64,000 nucleotides of DNA, from contig OZ316896.1 in assembly GCA_973895155.1 (NCBI GenBank), forward strand, positions 16,664,654 to 16,728,653. Direction: 5' to 3'. Numbering within the stretch: the stretch's first letter is position 1; every line of letters begins with the position of its first letter. The notes beneath the pieces were generated by a model that was not told where the DNA came from, made no database searches, and saw nothing but the letters and a program-made list of their open reading frames with translations. Of this stretch, positions 12,826-25,632 are shown piece after piece. Origin of the DNA: Marsupella aquatica. Its lineage: Eukaryota; Plantae; Marchantiophyta. Position numbers and translations under genes: made by a program.

Positions 12826-13381
12826 GACCCCAAACCGGGGGACCGGCTCATTAGACCAGGGGAGTCCAGGGGGAGTCATGGGGAAAAATTGGGAATGGCC
12901 CGGGAATCAACGGGAATATGCATCAAATTGTCTGTTTTTGGTCCGTCATTTGACAGTTTATGTGCCCCGCAAGGCGTCAAGTTGCCCGTTAGGTTAAATC
13001 TGGTCTGGACCAGCATGATTATACAATTTCTTTGGTTGGTACAGGCTGGAAGTAAGATAATGGTGTGTTATTGGGTTTAATAACAGATAATTTTCTACAT
13101 ATAATAGATTTTTAATTCTAGCATCTTACTTATATAGCGCCAACTATGATCTAGAGTTGGGGCCTAGGTTTCTAGAGTGAAGCCTCTACTAGACCATAAC
13201 TACATGGTTCACCATGTAAATGGGAAAACTTATGGCTATGAGATATGTTAAATGATAACTATCATGCATGCTTTTTGTCATTATTTCTACTTACATTCAA
13301 AAATGGACTCTGTAGCCCCACCATAACATATGTGCAGGAAGAGGGATGTGCATAGAAAAGATGGTGGCATGTTATGTATGA

Positions 13382-13684
13382 CTAGCTCAATATCGGTGTG
13401 TTGCACAAAGATTTTGTGAAGAAAATAGATGTTGTATCGTCTAAAAACTTGTTAAGGAAAAAAAATGTTGCTAACAAAAAGATGTTGTGTCGCCCAAGAT
13501 GTTGTTAAGAAAAAAAGATGTTATATCGCCCAAGATGTTGTTAAGTTAAAAGATGTCGTGTCACCTAAGATGTCGTAAAGAAAAAAAGGGGTGGTGTCGC
13601 CCAAGATACAATCTTTAAAAAAAATGATGATGTGTATGATGGTTTTTTTCATTTCATTAAAATTCAAAGAATATAAGTAGAAGA
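13382..13684 (-). mobile_element. Non-autonomous Helitron-like element with internal ~38 bp tandem repeats
   Basis: On the minus strand it has a 5' TC end, a 3' GTGCAACAC hairpin and CTAG, between A and T. Internal repeats read AAGATGTTGTGTCGCCCAAGATG. It is homologous to 30943-31224. Confidence 0.6.
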
Positions 13685-13853
13685 TATACTTTGGTGACAC
13701 TTTTATTGTCCTAAGTGCTATTTCTTTGGTAGTAGGGGCTAGTTGTGATTAATATTTATAACATTTTATTATTACACATTACATACTATGCCAACTACCA
13801 GCATTACTTGCTCATGAAGGATCTCCCTTCTCAACTATATACTTGATTCCCTT

Positions 13854-13899
<46 letters not shown>
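13854..13899. repeat. (TA)n microsatellite
   Basis: Directly visible. Confidence 0.95.
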
Positions 13900-13901
<2 letters not shown>

Positions 13902-14577
13902 ATGACAAGGACACACTCTAACAACTTGGATGTATGAAAAAGCATTTGGAGATCCTATCCCATAATATTATATATATTTTAAGGCTATAGATGTGAGCGT
14001 CAAAATTAAGAATATTTGGTGAGTCCCACTAAGGTATCATACGAAACTAGATTCCACATACATTTGAAGTACAGAACTACTGTAGCTAGGGTTACATTTT
14101 TTTAGTTTTAGAACTACTACACAGCCAACGCCAGGTATTACTTTGCTTGCTAGCCCGATGCTGCGTCCTCCCTTTCACTCCTTCTGGACTTTCTCCCTCC
14201 CAACCCGACTCCCTCCCTTCACCCACCACCCTTTTCACCCCTCCAGCATGATTTAAAAAATGTGACCCAAAGGCAGAAGAACAGTTACTCTTCTCACCTA
14301 ATAGCGAAAAAGCCTAAAAGGCTCTCATGCTGATGCACTTCTCATGTTGAGTGGGGCTCCAATGTCCCAAAGTATTCGATGTAAAGTACTCTACACTAGC
14401 ATTAGGTGTAGTCGGTACCTTTTACCTCCTTACTGTATAAGCAAGTAATAAGGACATCTTCGTCAACCAAGGGTGTCAAAAACCCTGGAAGATATGTCCT
14501 GTAGTGTGGTAACTATTCTCTCATTTTTCAACTTTGTAAACATAGTTCACGGAAGCCTTTTGGTTGGATAGGGTACT

Positions 14578-15000
14578 CTAGTGTTTGATGATGTACCCCA
14601 TCCGTAGAGGAGTATGGTTGTGTGCTTTATCCTCGACTTTATCTTCCGTTGCCCAACCTTTATGCTTTTTGTTCCACTTTGAGCCAATCAGTTGATGAGA
14701 TGAAATTGAAAGAACAAAATATTGAAAATTAAACAATCTGAAATAATCTGGTAATTTCATATCCAATATGAGCCACACAGATTATTTAGCACAAGAATTA
14801 CAATATATATGCTTGATGGGACCCTGGCAAAAAAATTTTACCTGATAGTACCTCACCAAAGTAATCTTACCAACTAGGGCCCCTCTGACACATTTGTCTC
14901 TGAAGTTCTTGTAACAATTTCTATAAACAAGTTTCTTCTTGGTATTGTGACCACCAACATCTCCCGCGACAGCTATTGTGACATTTATAGTCAACCGTGC
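14578..15000 (-). mobile_element. Possible degenerate MULE transposase remnant
   Basis: KWNKKHKGWATEDKVEDKAHNHTP resembles the W...HNH end of a FAR1/WRKY-GCM1 DNA-binding domain and lies next to a palindromic repeat array. The evidence is weak. Confidence 0.25.
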
Positions 15001-15496
15001 CTAAACCACAAACAATGTAATGCTGTACATTAGTTAGAAATGATGGAAATTTTATAAGTTTTAAACTTTTTCTAACTCAAGGTACAATCTAGTTACCTTT
15101 TATAGCAATTTAGATCAACTGAACACTTAACCTAATGTTATGCTTCATCGGAGGCTATTGTATTGGACAAGGATTGCGAATATAAATCCTTGCTCTTTAC
15201 ATGCTACCAAGAAAGAAGACTGGACATCATTGGAGAAGCAATGCAGACTAGAAGATTCAAGAACCGACCTCCAAAACACTTTTTCAACAAGAATGAGCTC
15301 TGTATACAATTATCACAATCAGCCGATCTCTGCTATTTTAGTTCAATAGCTAAAGTGGTCAGAAAAGTCTCATACTTTTTCAGGAGGTAGTAGTTGCGTA
15401 GTAGAATCATCCCTGCAAGTTTCATCTCAAACCGACATGTGTTTTGAAAGTTAGAATTAATTTAGTTTTGTTGTTTTTTGCATAACCGCGACTTCG

Positions 15497-16115
15497 CCGA
15501 CGCTTTGTGAAGCGTCCCTTGTATTGGTGGACGCTTCAGAAAGCGTCCACCCAAAGACCACGACGCTTTCTGAAGCGTCCACCACCCAACCAGTTGTACT
15601 CCGACGCTCTGCAATCCACATGAGGAGCGACGCCCACAGAAACGTCTGCTACCCCGAAGGTGACCTCGACACTGTGACGCCCACTGAAGCGTCGCACCCG
15701 AAGACCAGAAGACGGACACTGCGACCAAAACCTCAAAATTCAGCCGACGCTTTCTGAAGCGTCCACAAAAGTCCTTTGTAGTTTTGGACGCTTTCTGAAG
15801 CGTCCACTATGTTCCCGACACTTAGAAAAATTTTCAGTTTTCGCACTTTTATAACACCGCGCCACTTTTACCGATTTATTTGAGGCACTTAGAAGTCTCA
15901 GAAAAGTCTGAAACTTTTCCAGCATATAGACTATATGTAGTAGAGTACCCTAGAAAAGTTTCAACTCATTCCGACTCTTAGTTTAGAAGTCAAAATTAGA
16001 TTAAAATCACTGTTTATTAGTTTTACCGCAAACACCGACGCTTTACAAAGCGTCCGCTCAAACCTCGACGCTTTCTGAAGCGTCCCCTGCATTTTTGACA
16101 CTTTCAGCAGTGTCC
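15497..16115. repeat. Array of palindromic GACGCTT-N4-AAGCGTC motifs, likely transposon subterminal repeats
   Basis: Seven good copies near 15499, 15530, 15562, 15746, 15788, 16037 and 16067, plus degenerate copies; spacing is irregular. Confidence 0.75.
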
Positions 16116-17735
16116 ATTCACTTTTCAAGGATGACCGTCATTAAGTTTATTCAAGACCCTTTAGATATGAAAGGGCATATCCTTTCAGTATCTCAGTCTC
16201 CTTGGGTTCCTGCTAGCCTATATGAAGTAGAATTTGTGTCATTTTCAAGTGTGAAGAAATAAAGTAGTGCCTGTGGCATGTGCTGCAGTACTATAATCAC
16301 CTTTGCAAAGCTTCCGTGTGTTTTCGTATGGTATGGAGCTTGCAAATACAAAGGAATTCTTCTCCCTTCCTTGGTCTGAATGATTGAGAGTTTAGATCAT
16401 TGAAGTAAAATTACTTGTATGAAGTTGAATCTCAGAAGTATGAGGGAATAGATTCCTTAAGTGGTGACAACCCATCTTCTTGAGTTCTTGATGCATAGTT
16501 TTTGGCGTGACATTGCTTGTGTATGGGATGCAAAGATTGTTACTCACCAATTACCTGTGACTTCAATTTGATCATGATGGTGTTTATTATTCGTGACTCA
16601 GAGTACCGACTGGATATCGAAGTGATTGATTACTAGTTTCTTCTGAGTACCTTTGGAAGGAAAAGTTGAGACATGTTGACGGCATTTTAGTAATCATCCT
16701 AGTACAGTAAACCATTCCAGAAATGTTCTTACGGATATACCACCCAAAATCATATCAAATGAAGTATTGATGAGAAGTTACCTTGGTGTTTTCCAGACTC
16801 CCTCATCATACCTCAAGATTTCATTGTGTTTTGTTACTTGTTTCCATTTTATTAATTGCATTTACAATGTTAAGCAAATATTCAAATCTATGCCTTGCTG
16901 AGCAATCATAGTAAAAGGCTCAAACCTGTGTTTTTGTTACCTTAGTCATTCATAAGTGTTAAACGATAGAAAATCATTCCTTTATTGTTCTTCCATGGGA
17001 TCGAATATCGAGTTTTGGATATTAAATGTTGATTTATGTCCTTAGTGCAATACTACAAACAACGTGGTTGGAAATAAGGCCCCAACCTTGGACGGTCGAT
17101 GTAGGGTTGGGAGAACTGAATAATACTGATTGTCTTCGTCCGAACTGCAATGTAACTTAAGTAAAGACAATATGGTTAATGCCTTTCAGTTTAAATTTTT
17201 ACCATACCTTAGTTTTTCATTAGGTTTACTTTCACATAAGCTATCTAGGGTCTTTCCACAATGTTCCCGATGTTTTTCTTGATGCAAATATCTGTGCGTG
17301 CATAGCATAGGAGTTTATATCCAGCTACACGAGGGACATGATGCAACTCAGCTAGGTGCAATTGTTGCTGGTGATGTAAAGATAGGTGGAATATATCATG
17401 ACTTCAAATATGATCTGTGGATCAAATGTTCATGACCATTCATTTATCAAGAGATGATCTCAGGCTCACAATGTAACATACTTCTCTTAATTTGTCTTAC
17501 TAATTACTTTGCAACAACCTCAGGATGCAAAGCCATCCTTTAATCACAACTTTTAACTTGCTCAAATTGCTGTCCAATGGTTGGGCGGGTGATCAAGAAA
17601 AAGGGAACGTCCAGATGGCATCCAAGCAAACCTGCTTATGTCAAGAAATCTGAATGGCCCAAGTTTATGGACAGCAAGAGAATGTTTGAATGGTTGAAGA
17701 TGATGAAAAGCAAAGAGGAGGAAGAAAGTAGTCCA

Positions 17736-18060
17736 TGTAAGATCAAAATGAACAGCATAACGTCTCACTTTTGTCCAACACAAAGCACACGAGTACACCT
17801 ACACAAAAATATGTGGTTCATCTCGTATGGGCTAAGTCCACGGTCATACCAAGAGCTCCACTATGAACACAAAAAGTACATATCACCTTAACTCCATGGT
17901 TCAAGCTTTTTCTCTCTCACACAGTTTTCAACCAAGTGCTCTCTCTTCATGGGATACAAAGAGGGTTACTTATCCCCTCATGAAGAGTCTAGCTAACTAA
18001 TATTAACTTCGATTAATTTAGTCTAGTTAACCTAGCCAAGGTTGAGTCAAAACCTTAACA
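17736..18060. mobile_element. Solo LTR (325 bp)
   Basis: TGTAAG...TTAACA termini flanked by GTCCA / CTCCA (4/5 TSD match). It shares GGCTAAGTCCAC with the LTR at 31944. Confidence 0.65.
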
Positions 18061-18586
18061 CTCCACATGCAGACCAAAGTTAACATTTTTGAAAAGCCCA
18101 ACAACCAAGCGCGGTATTTTCCCAGCGTCAAGTAAAGCATGCCATTATTGATAAATCCTGTTCATGAAACAGATCGCAAGAGCCTCTCAAACATCATCAC
18201 CTATCACTAAGCAATAATCAAAAGGCTAAGCCCACAAGAAAACACCATTTCATTGCCTCTGCCATATCTTGAAAATGCCAAAATCCATGACAAAACAATT
18301 AGTCACTAGCTGCTAAACCTGATGAGATGGAAGCGACACTAACAAACCCTTATTGATCAGAAGACATAAACCATAATGTCGTCACCGAACAACAGCAAAT
18401 GATTAGAAAACTATAGGAAATTGCATAGGGGCAACTTTGACTGCAAACAAAGTGACTTGGTAAACCATAGAACAAAACTGCCCAACAACGCAGGAAGCAA
18501 AGGCCAAAAACTATGTAGGTCCTCCATTTAGAAGAACTTCCTATACTGCTCTATACCAGGGTCCTAGTAGGTAGCAAAACTTCATA

Positions 18587-18658
18587 GGGTCCCATCACGT
18601 AAACAAAGTTCTGTTAGGGGTCCCATCACGTAAACAAAGTTCTGTTAGGGGTCCCATC
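18587..18658. repeat. 32 bp tandem duplication
   Basis: GGGTCCCATCACGTAAACAAAGTTCTGTTAG occurs twice, followed by a partial third copy. Confidence 0.85.
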
Positions 18659-20932
18659 AAGCATATATCTCCAAGAATGACTGGTTGCTTATAGTAGGCC
18701 CAATTTTCAAGGTTGATTCCTTAAATGCAAATTACTAGCACATAGAGGGAAAAAGAGAAGAACATAGGGGTATCCAAATTTCTAAATATAGCTAATTGCA
18801 TGGTGATGATAAACAATTATGAAGACCAAACAAAATCTTCTACTAATGGCAACTTAGGGTGGTTTTACAAGAGGTGAGGGCCCATCACTTTTTTTATTCC
18901 CTTTGAAATAAGAATGCTGAATATGATGAGTGGAATCGGTGGTTGGAGTCAGCTCTACAAGAACCCAGGGGTCCATTTTGGTATGGTGTATACCAATTCT
19001 ATATTGCAAGGAGTGGGCCCAAGGAAATACTCATGTGGAGTGTTTATTTGGTCTAGAATTATAGGTCACCTCCACATGTTGGGTAAACCAGTGTGAGGTA
19101 GGTATAATAGTGGAGCAAGGTATTGCAATAGAGCCTGGCTTCAGCTCTTCCCATACCTACCTGTACACTTGGCCTCGCAATTATAGATGTTATTATACCT
19201 AAGTTATCTTACTTATAAAGGGGAACTAGAGTCAAGGTCTAGGCTTCTAAAGTAGCCTCTAGACCATGACTCTAGGGCCCCACCAATGTAAATGTGCATG
19301 GAACAAAGATGTGCATAGATATGATGGTATATTTTGTATAACATGAATGAGAGTATATGTGCATGTAACGAAGATATGCATAGACATGATGATATATTAT
19401 GTATGATATGAATAATTGTTTTTTATCATTTCATTAATATTTAAAGAAAGAAAATAGCTAGGGAATAGATTTTGTTATATTTTACTGTCCTCTTCTCTAC
19501 TCATGTTCAAAAAATGGGTAGTCCGGGCTAGTACCATACCATTAAGCATAAAGGGAGATATTTGCCATGTAGATAGCCCTATACAAAAAAGACCAAAACA
19601 CTTACTAGGTCTAAAAATGTTGAGAGGCTGTAGGAGAAAGCATATCTCTCTTTGACTTGAAGGGGTTGGTATGTGTGACTCTATGTCCATGGTAGCTTGC
19701 CTCTATTAGACTGGCAGCTCTCACAGCAAATTAATCAATTCTGTTGAAAATTTCACAGTTGTTTACAGTTGCTTAAGAGGATTGGATTTGGGCAATGCTA
19801 AGTTTCTCACTTCTGGATCGCATCTTAGGCCATCAATTTGCAGCATGTTGAGCATTTGAAAGGAGTGGACATAAAATGTGTGCTCTCATCTAGCAGTCAT
19901 GTGATTCTCTTTGATTCTTGTGCTGCCTTCCTCAATCCTCTTCTCTTCACAGCAAGTTTCCTTCCCTTTTGGTTGTTGATGTGATCATATGTGTTGCAAT
20001 TTTCTGTTAGATACATGTTGTTTGATTTTTGCAAAAAATTGCCTCTATAGCCACTATGCTACTCTGTCCACCACAACTAGTGTTATTCGCCTAATTTGGT
20101 AGCCCTTAAAATTTCCCTTCTCATATGAAATAGAGTAAGTCACATTATATCTGGTGTCACTCTAATTATAGTGTTCACATGAAGTCACACTTTTAATCAC
20201 ACTAATTGAGGTGCCCCCACACTTTTAGTAGCACTCTTTGAGGTGCTCTTGTTACAATTGACTATTGCACATGAAGAATCTTAGCAGCAATACTCCCACA
20301 CTAATTGAGGTGCTCCCCTTATAGTTGACTATCGCACATAGACAATCACAACAAAGGGCATATAGTGAGACTCATGGGCATGTTTATGCGAGGTTCTTTT
20401 TTCATAATGTTCATTTGCCCGGCCTTAAATAGTGTGATTTTAACATACCTAATTAGCAACCTAATTAGCATAATTCCTGATTGAAAAGTAATATGTGCAC
20501 AAATTAGTGTGAGTCACTCTAATTTTAGTGTCACACTTATGGTGGGCAGTGTAGCGGAATTGGACAGCATCAATCAAGGATCAAATCTATTAGAAAAATT
20601 GACTCAAATTCCCAGCTTAGTTAGGTTGGCCTTACCCAGGGTTAGTTAACCCTCGATTGCTTTAGGAGAACTCAGATTCACTTATTTAGGCCCACACATC
20701 CCATATCCCATAGGGGGGATAGGTTGGAAGAACATCTTTCTCTTCCTCATTTTCATATGTAATCTTTCATGTTATAGATGCTTCATGAGTCTTTTCATTG
20801 TGGTGTCTTGTTAGTTTTGAGTGAGATTGAGTGCACACTCATGTTTTGCACTGTGTTGTCTAGTAAGTGCGCTTTCATCAACCTAGACAAAATTTCTCAA
20901 TCATGTTGTCCAATTTTTGCCAGATAAAGATG

Positions 20933-21285
20933 TGTCATGCCGAGGGACAGTGCCGCTTGTGCACATCGGCATGTCCCTCGCATGCCCGCTAGGTATGGTT
21001 AGGGCTAGTGTACTACTTGAGTTAGTGTCATGTTCTTGTAGCGAGTCTGGGCTGTTCTTGAGGTTTGTTAGTGTGACGCCTGGACCCGGTCCTACTTAGG
21101 GCATGTTTTTCTTTGCTGTTCTTCAGTTCTTCTTGAATCGCTGTGAGACAGAGTTTTTCAGAGGCTGCTCGTCGATTCCGTACACGGAATTCACACAGTG
21201 ATTCGTTAGATGCTCCCGGCCGATCTTGGCATCTCGCCGGTTTTCGATTCGATTTCAGTACGTTTGTTTCTATCACGCCTTTTAT
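20933..21285 (+). repeat. Terminal repeat A1 (353 bp)
   Basis: Matches 30096-30448 with 3 substitutions seen; begins TGTCATGCC. Confidence 0.95.
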
Positions 21286-21298
21286 TCAAGAAGAACTG
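21284..21298 (+). promoter_or_regulatory. Self-priming primer-binding site (Tf1-like)
   Basis: ATTCAAGAAGAACTG is the exact reverse complement of CAGTTCTTCTTGAAT at 21124-21138 in repeat A. No tRNA-type TGG PBS is present here. Confidence 0.75.
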
Positions 21299-22540
21299 CC
21301 GAGTTAGCGGTGAGGAGAAGAAGTTTGCTCGTGGCAATTTCGACAATTTCTGGTGAAGCCATTGCAATTTCTTCGATGGACATTGGAGTGACGAGTTAAA
21401 AGTTATGGGTTTATTGTGGTGTTATGTGTATACTTAAGTGTATACACATAACAAGGGACCCGGATTTTTATTTTCTGGCCGCAACTTGTTTCGCGACTTG
21501 CTGTTGTCGACTGCTGCATCGACGCCGACTTCAAAGGGCACACCCACGCTCGTGTTTTTAACGACCTCTTTGGGGCCCTTTTTCGTTTACCGGCCACTAC
21601 TGCCTCGGCCACCGCGCGCCCCTTTTCTTTCGCCCTTTTTCGCCTTGCCAATCCTCGAAGTTCCTCCCTCCGTTTGTTTTCCTGCCTTTTCTTCTCTCGG
21701 TATCTCGCAGGCTGTGCGCATAGGGCATCGTGCCCTCCCACTGGCAGCATTTAATTAACGAGAGGAGGGGGAGCGAGTGCAAGCCGGGAGGAGGAGGCAC
21801 AGAGGCTACGAAGCATTAAAGGGGGGGGAGTACATTCGACTCCCTCTCTCGGGACTCCTGCCAAGCACGAGGCCTAACTTACAGGGCATTAAAGGAGGGG
21901 AGGGGAGGGGAGTTCAATTCGAACTCCCTCACACGGTGACACAGGAGTCTTTTTGCAGGGCACGAAGCCCATCCAACAGCATTAAGGAGGGGGACGCAAC
22001 AGGAGGGCACGAGGCCCTATGAGGAATTAAAGAGGGGGGGAGTACTCGCGACTCCTCTCTCGGGAGTCACTCGCTGCCAGGGCACAAGGCCCAAAAGGGG
22101 GATAGGGGGAGCTCATAGTGGGGCACGAAGCCCTATGCAGGGCCCGAGCCATTAAGTTGTCACCTCGCCTCAGCCTCGCCTCGCCTCGCCTCGCCCTGCA
22201 GCATAGGGTACGGTGCCTCCCGAGTGTGCGTACACCTGCTTCTTTCCGGCCTCTTTTTCTTCCAGGGAGCCCGACGATGTATCCACATTGGGCACCGACC
22301 GGTGCCCTTTATGTGTATACACAGACCCCTGTCTATACACATAACGGAGGCCCCTTTTGACCATTTCCTCTTGTTTTCTTTCCATTCATTTTCTTGTGAG
22401 CATATTTTTGGCAGGGCCGGTCTACACATTTCTGCCTCACAGTGTTGTTTCCTTTGTGGGTTACATTTCATAGCCTTGGGGTTGCCACACCTTTTTCTTG
22501 TCAGTTTCTTTCCTATTGGCACCCCGGGTGAGCATGCAGC

Positions 22541-25230
22541 ATGTCAGCAGAGGAGCCGAGTCGTAGCAGCTCATCGCCACCGACACCCCGGTACCACTTA
22601 CGGAGTGATCCACGACCGTTGGTGCCAATTTCATTGGAGTCTCGGCAATTTCGACGACGTCCACAGACAGCAGCAGCACACACACCACGCAATCCTCCTG
22701 CTACATTTGGCGGTCGCTTCACCACTACTCCGAAGCCTGCTATCACTTCATTGCCATTTACCCCTTCTACATCCGTGGTTGTTCCTGCTTCACCGACATA
22801 CAGCATGGATGCCAGCCACTCATCTGGCCGCATTGAACGCTTCAGCGGGCGGCCAGGCACTGTTTCTTTACGTGAGTTCAAATCCACTTTCTACACTGTT
22901 GTTTACGAATTGGAGTTGAAGTACGGCAGCAATTTCACAAATGCTTTTGTATTTAAGCAGCTAGCCAGGTATGTGCACCACGAGGCTTTGGATGTGTATG
23001 AGCAGCACTCTCAACGGCTGCTTGCTGTCACACAATTGCCTAACCCTGCCTATGCCAGTGCAATTGCGGCTGCCTCACAATTGACATTACAGAATGCCAT
23101 TGCAGCCCATGCTGCTGCTCCTGCCACTTCCCCTCCTACTCCAGTTCCTACCACTGCGCCAGTTACTCCCACTATCTTGGCACAGGCTACATCAGGCATT
23201 TCTCCCACCATTGATTCCCCTGCCTTTGTTGATCCAGTGGCTGAGTTTTTCCAGGTTCTTGAATTGGGATTCCCAATCAAGAGTGCTGACAAAATCATGC
23301 AGTTGGCGACCTTTGTGAGGCAGCGTGATGAAACCTTGAAGATGATGTATCGTCGGCTTCTTAAGCTAAAGGAGGACACCCAGAGCATCACTGACTTGGA
23401 AGCTGCTCATCGCTATCTTCGCGCATTGGAGGGCACACCAGCTCTCCATTCACAAGTGTTGCAGCAAGTATTCTCAGAGTTTGGAGAGAGCTACACATTG
23501 CTCAATGTCTACGACACTGCTGAGAAACTTGAGTTGGCCCATGCACATTATGAGGCCAGTATTGCGCATCCACCGCGATCTAGGTACCAGGCTGCTGCTC
23601 CTACAATGGCCACCCCTTCCCGTGTGCCACAGTATGCTTCCAAGACCAAACCAGCACATGCTGCTTTCATGCTGCCCTCTTGCAACTACTGTGGCAATCC
23701 TAATCACAAGGCTAATGAATGTGATATTGTTGCTGAGGACCTGTCTTGTGATTTTTGTGGGAAAGTGGGCCACTTGGAGGCAGTTTGTTTTGCCAAATTC
23801 CCAGAGAGGAAGCAGCTACAACAACAGGCCACTCATCCTACTCCTGTTTCCACTCCCCCACCAGCTAGGAGGGCTCCTACTGCATCAGTTGCTCCTCCTT
23901 CTAGTGGCAAAGCAACTAGTGCCAACAAATTGCCCAAGCAGCCACAGAAGCCCCCAGCTCAGAAGGAGGCTCACAACGCACAGGCAACTCAACTCCAGTC
24001 TCTGACTCATGAGGTTGAGTCCTTACGTGCCCAACTTGCCAACATCAAAGGCAAGTCCACTGCCTCTGCTGGTCCTTCTCAACCGGCTGGTCACGTGCAA
24101 CCCATCCCTGGCCCAGGCACCGCTGACAGTTCAGCACCTCTACCCCGCTCTTTCTATGGTTTACCATTTGATGCTCATATGGGTGAGTGTGTGCTGTCCT
24201 CTGCTCCACAGCCTGGCCTTACAACAGAATTTTCAGATTCATTCTGCCCTTCATATTTTGCTTACCAGCAGGCCAGTGTTGCCTCCCGTATTGCTCCCAC
24301 ACGCCGCATTGTACAGGCTGATGGTCTTGCTGCCGGTCCTATGACTAGAGCCAGGGGAGCTCGGGCTATCATGCCCCAATCTTTTCAGCCACTCACACTT
24401 GCTGAAGAGCGCACCTTGTTGGCGAGGGGGGAGGGAGCTGCAGCTACATCCATTCCACCACCAAGTGCTGCTGACATTTCACAGGGAGTTGTTTCTCCTG
24501 AGCTGCTTGAGCATTTCACCTCCGGTATGGCACAAAGGATTCTTACAACTCCACTTTTCAGTTGCCATGATTTACAGCTGGATGCTAGAGCTGTCCTCAG
24601 GGCGCTAGAGGGTTCACTGCATTCTTCATCAGCCCCTGTGACACCGGTTTTGGAGGTCCAATCTCATGTACATACTGGACCTTCTTCTTCTCCTTTACAT
24701 GTTTCCACTGGTTTGGCTGCCCCAGTACCGATTGCTGCTGATTGTGTGACCAGAGCTACACTTGATTCTGGTCATGCTGCTCCATCTTTCCTGGCTATGT
24801 TGTTGAGTGGAAAGACCGTGGACACTAACTCCCTTCACAAGGTACCTCATCATTTGCCGAGAGTGGTGCCTAGTGACAGGACTTCAGTTTCCACCACCAT
24901 TGCCATTGTTGACAACAGGAATTCAGTGGTCAAGTTGGAGGGTCACACTCCTCAGGTGGTCATGCTAGACACAGGTGCTCAACCAGTGATATTGGGCATT
25001 CAGTTTGCCAAGAAGATGGGACTGCTGACTGATCATTTACAGCAATCCAAGTGGCACATTCGGACTGCTAGTGGCACTGTGGAGGATGTGCTGGGTGAGA
25101 GTTTACTTTACTCACTCTCACTTTTAATGGAGGTACAGATCAGGAACTGCATTTCCCAGTCAGATGTCTGGTTACCAATGCCACTACGTATGATGTGCTC
25201 ATTGGCCAGGAGGCTTTGTTCCCACCAGGT
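22541..25230 (+). CDS. Gag (two CCHC zinc knuckles) + aspartic protease; frameshift near 25100
   Basis: CNYCGNPNHKANEC and CDFCGKVGHLEAVC at ~23681-23788; VMLDTGAQ at ~24960. The protease C-terminal YDVLIG continues in the -1 frame. Confidence 0.88.
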
Positions 25231-25632
25231 TTTACCATTGACAACTGGCATGAGCATGCATACTACAGAGTTGATTGGCATACTGATGGCTCACACTTGG
25301 GCTATATTCCACTTGATTTGCATGGTGCCCATACACCTATGGCTCACCACTGTGTGTTGAAAGCAGTGCACACAGCTACCTATGTCAACCACCCATTGCA
25401 AGATTGGATTGTGGAGGATGACGATGAGGTGGCTGCTGCACATGCTGCTGCATGTATAGCAGCACTTTCCAGCAACGTGGATCATCAACCAGAGGTGGTA
25501 CAACGGCTCCAAGCAGCCCATGGACCTTTGGTGGCTACATTGCGCAAGTTTGAAGACCTTGGGCAGCACAATGGACAGCCAATAGCCCCAATCTTGAGCG
25601 CACCAGTTACATGGACTCCTGCTCCGGATGGC

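Larger units (their letters stand above)
4150..13000. mobile_element. Putative DNA transposon carrying a DDE transposase and a divergent ParB-methyltransferase gene (boundaries approximate)
   Basis: Two head-to-head genes 756 bp apart, one a transposase. They share the TCATGA motif enrichment, and there is a C-rich subterminal tandem repeat at 12.6-12.85 kb. No convincing TIR or TSD was found by eye. Confidence 0.55.

Noticed and set aside
3571-12990. AACGGG...CCCGTT as TIRs of the MTase transposon
   Set aside because: Only a 6-bp match with no TSD, and AACGGG also occurs at 2518, 8366 and 12909.
15497-16115. CRISPR-like palindromic repeats
   Set aside because: Spacing is irregular, orientation is mixed, no cas genes are present and the context is eukaryotic.
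25095-25115. Programmed -1 gag-pol frameshift
   Set aside because: The shift falls inside the protease domain after DTG and no canonical slippery heptamer is evident; more likely a lesion or sequencing error.
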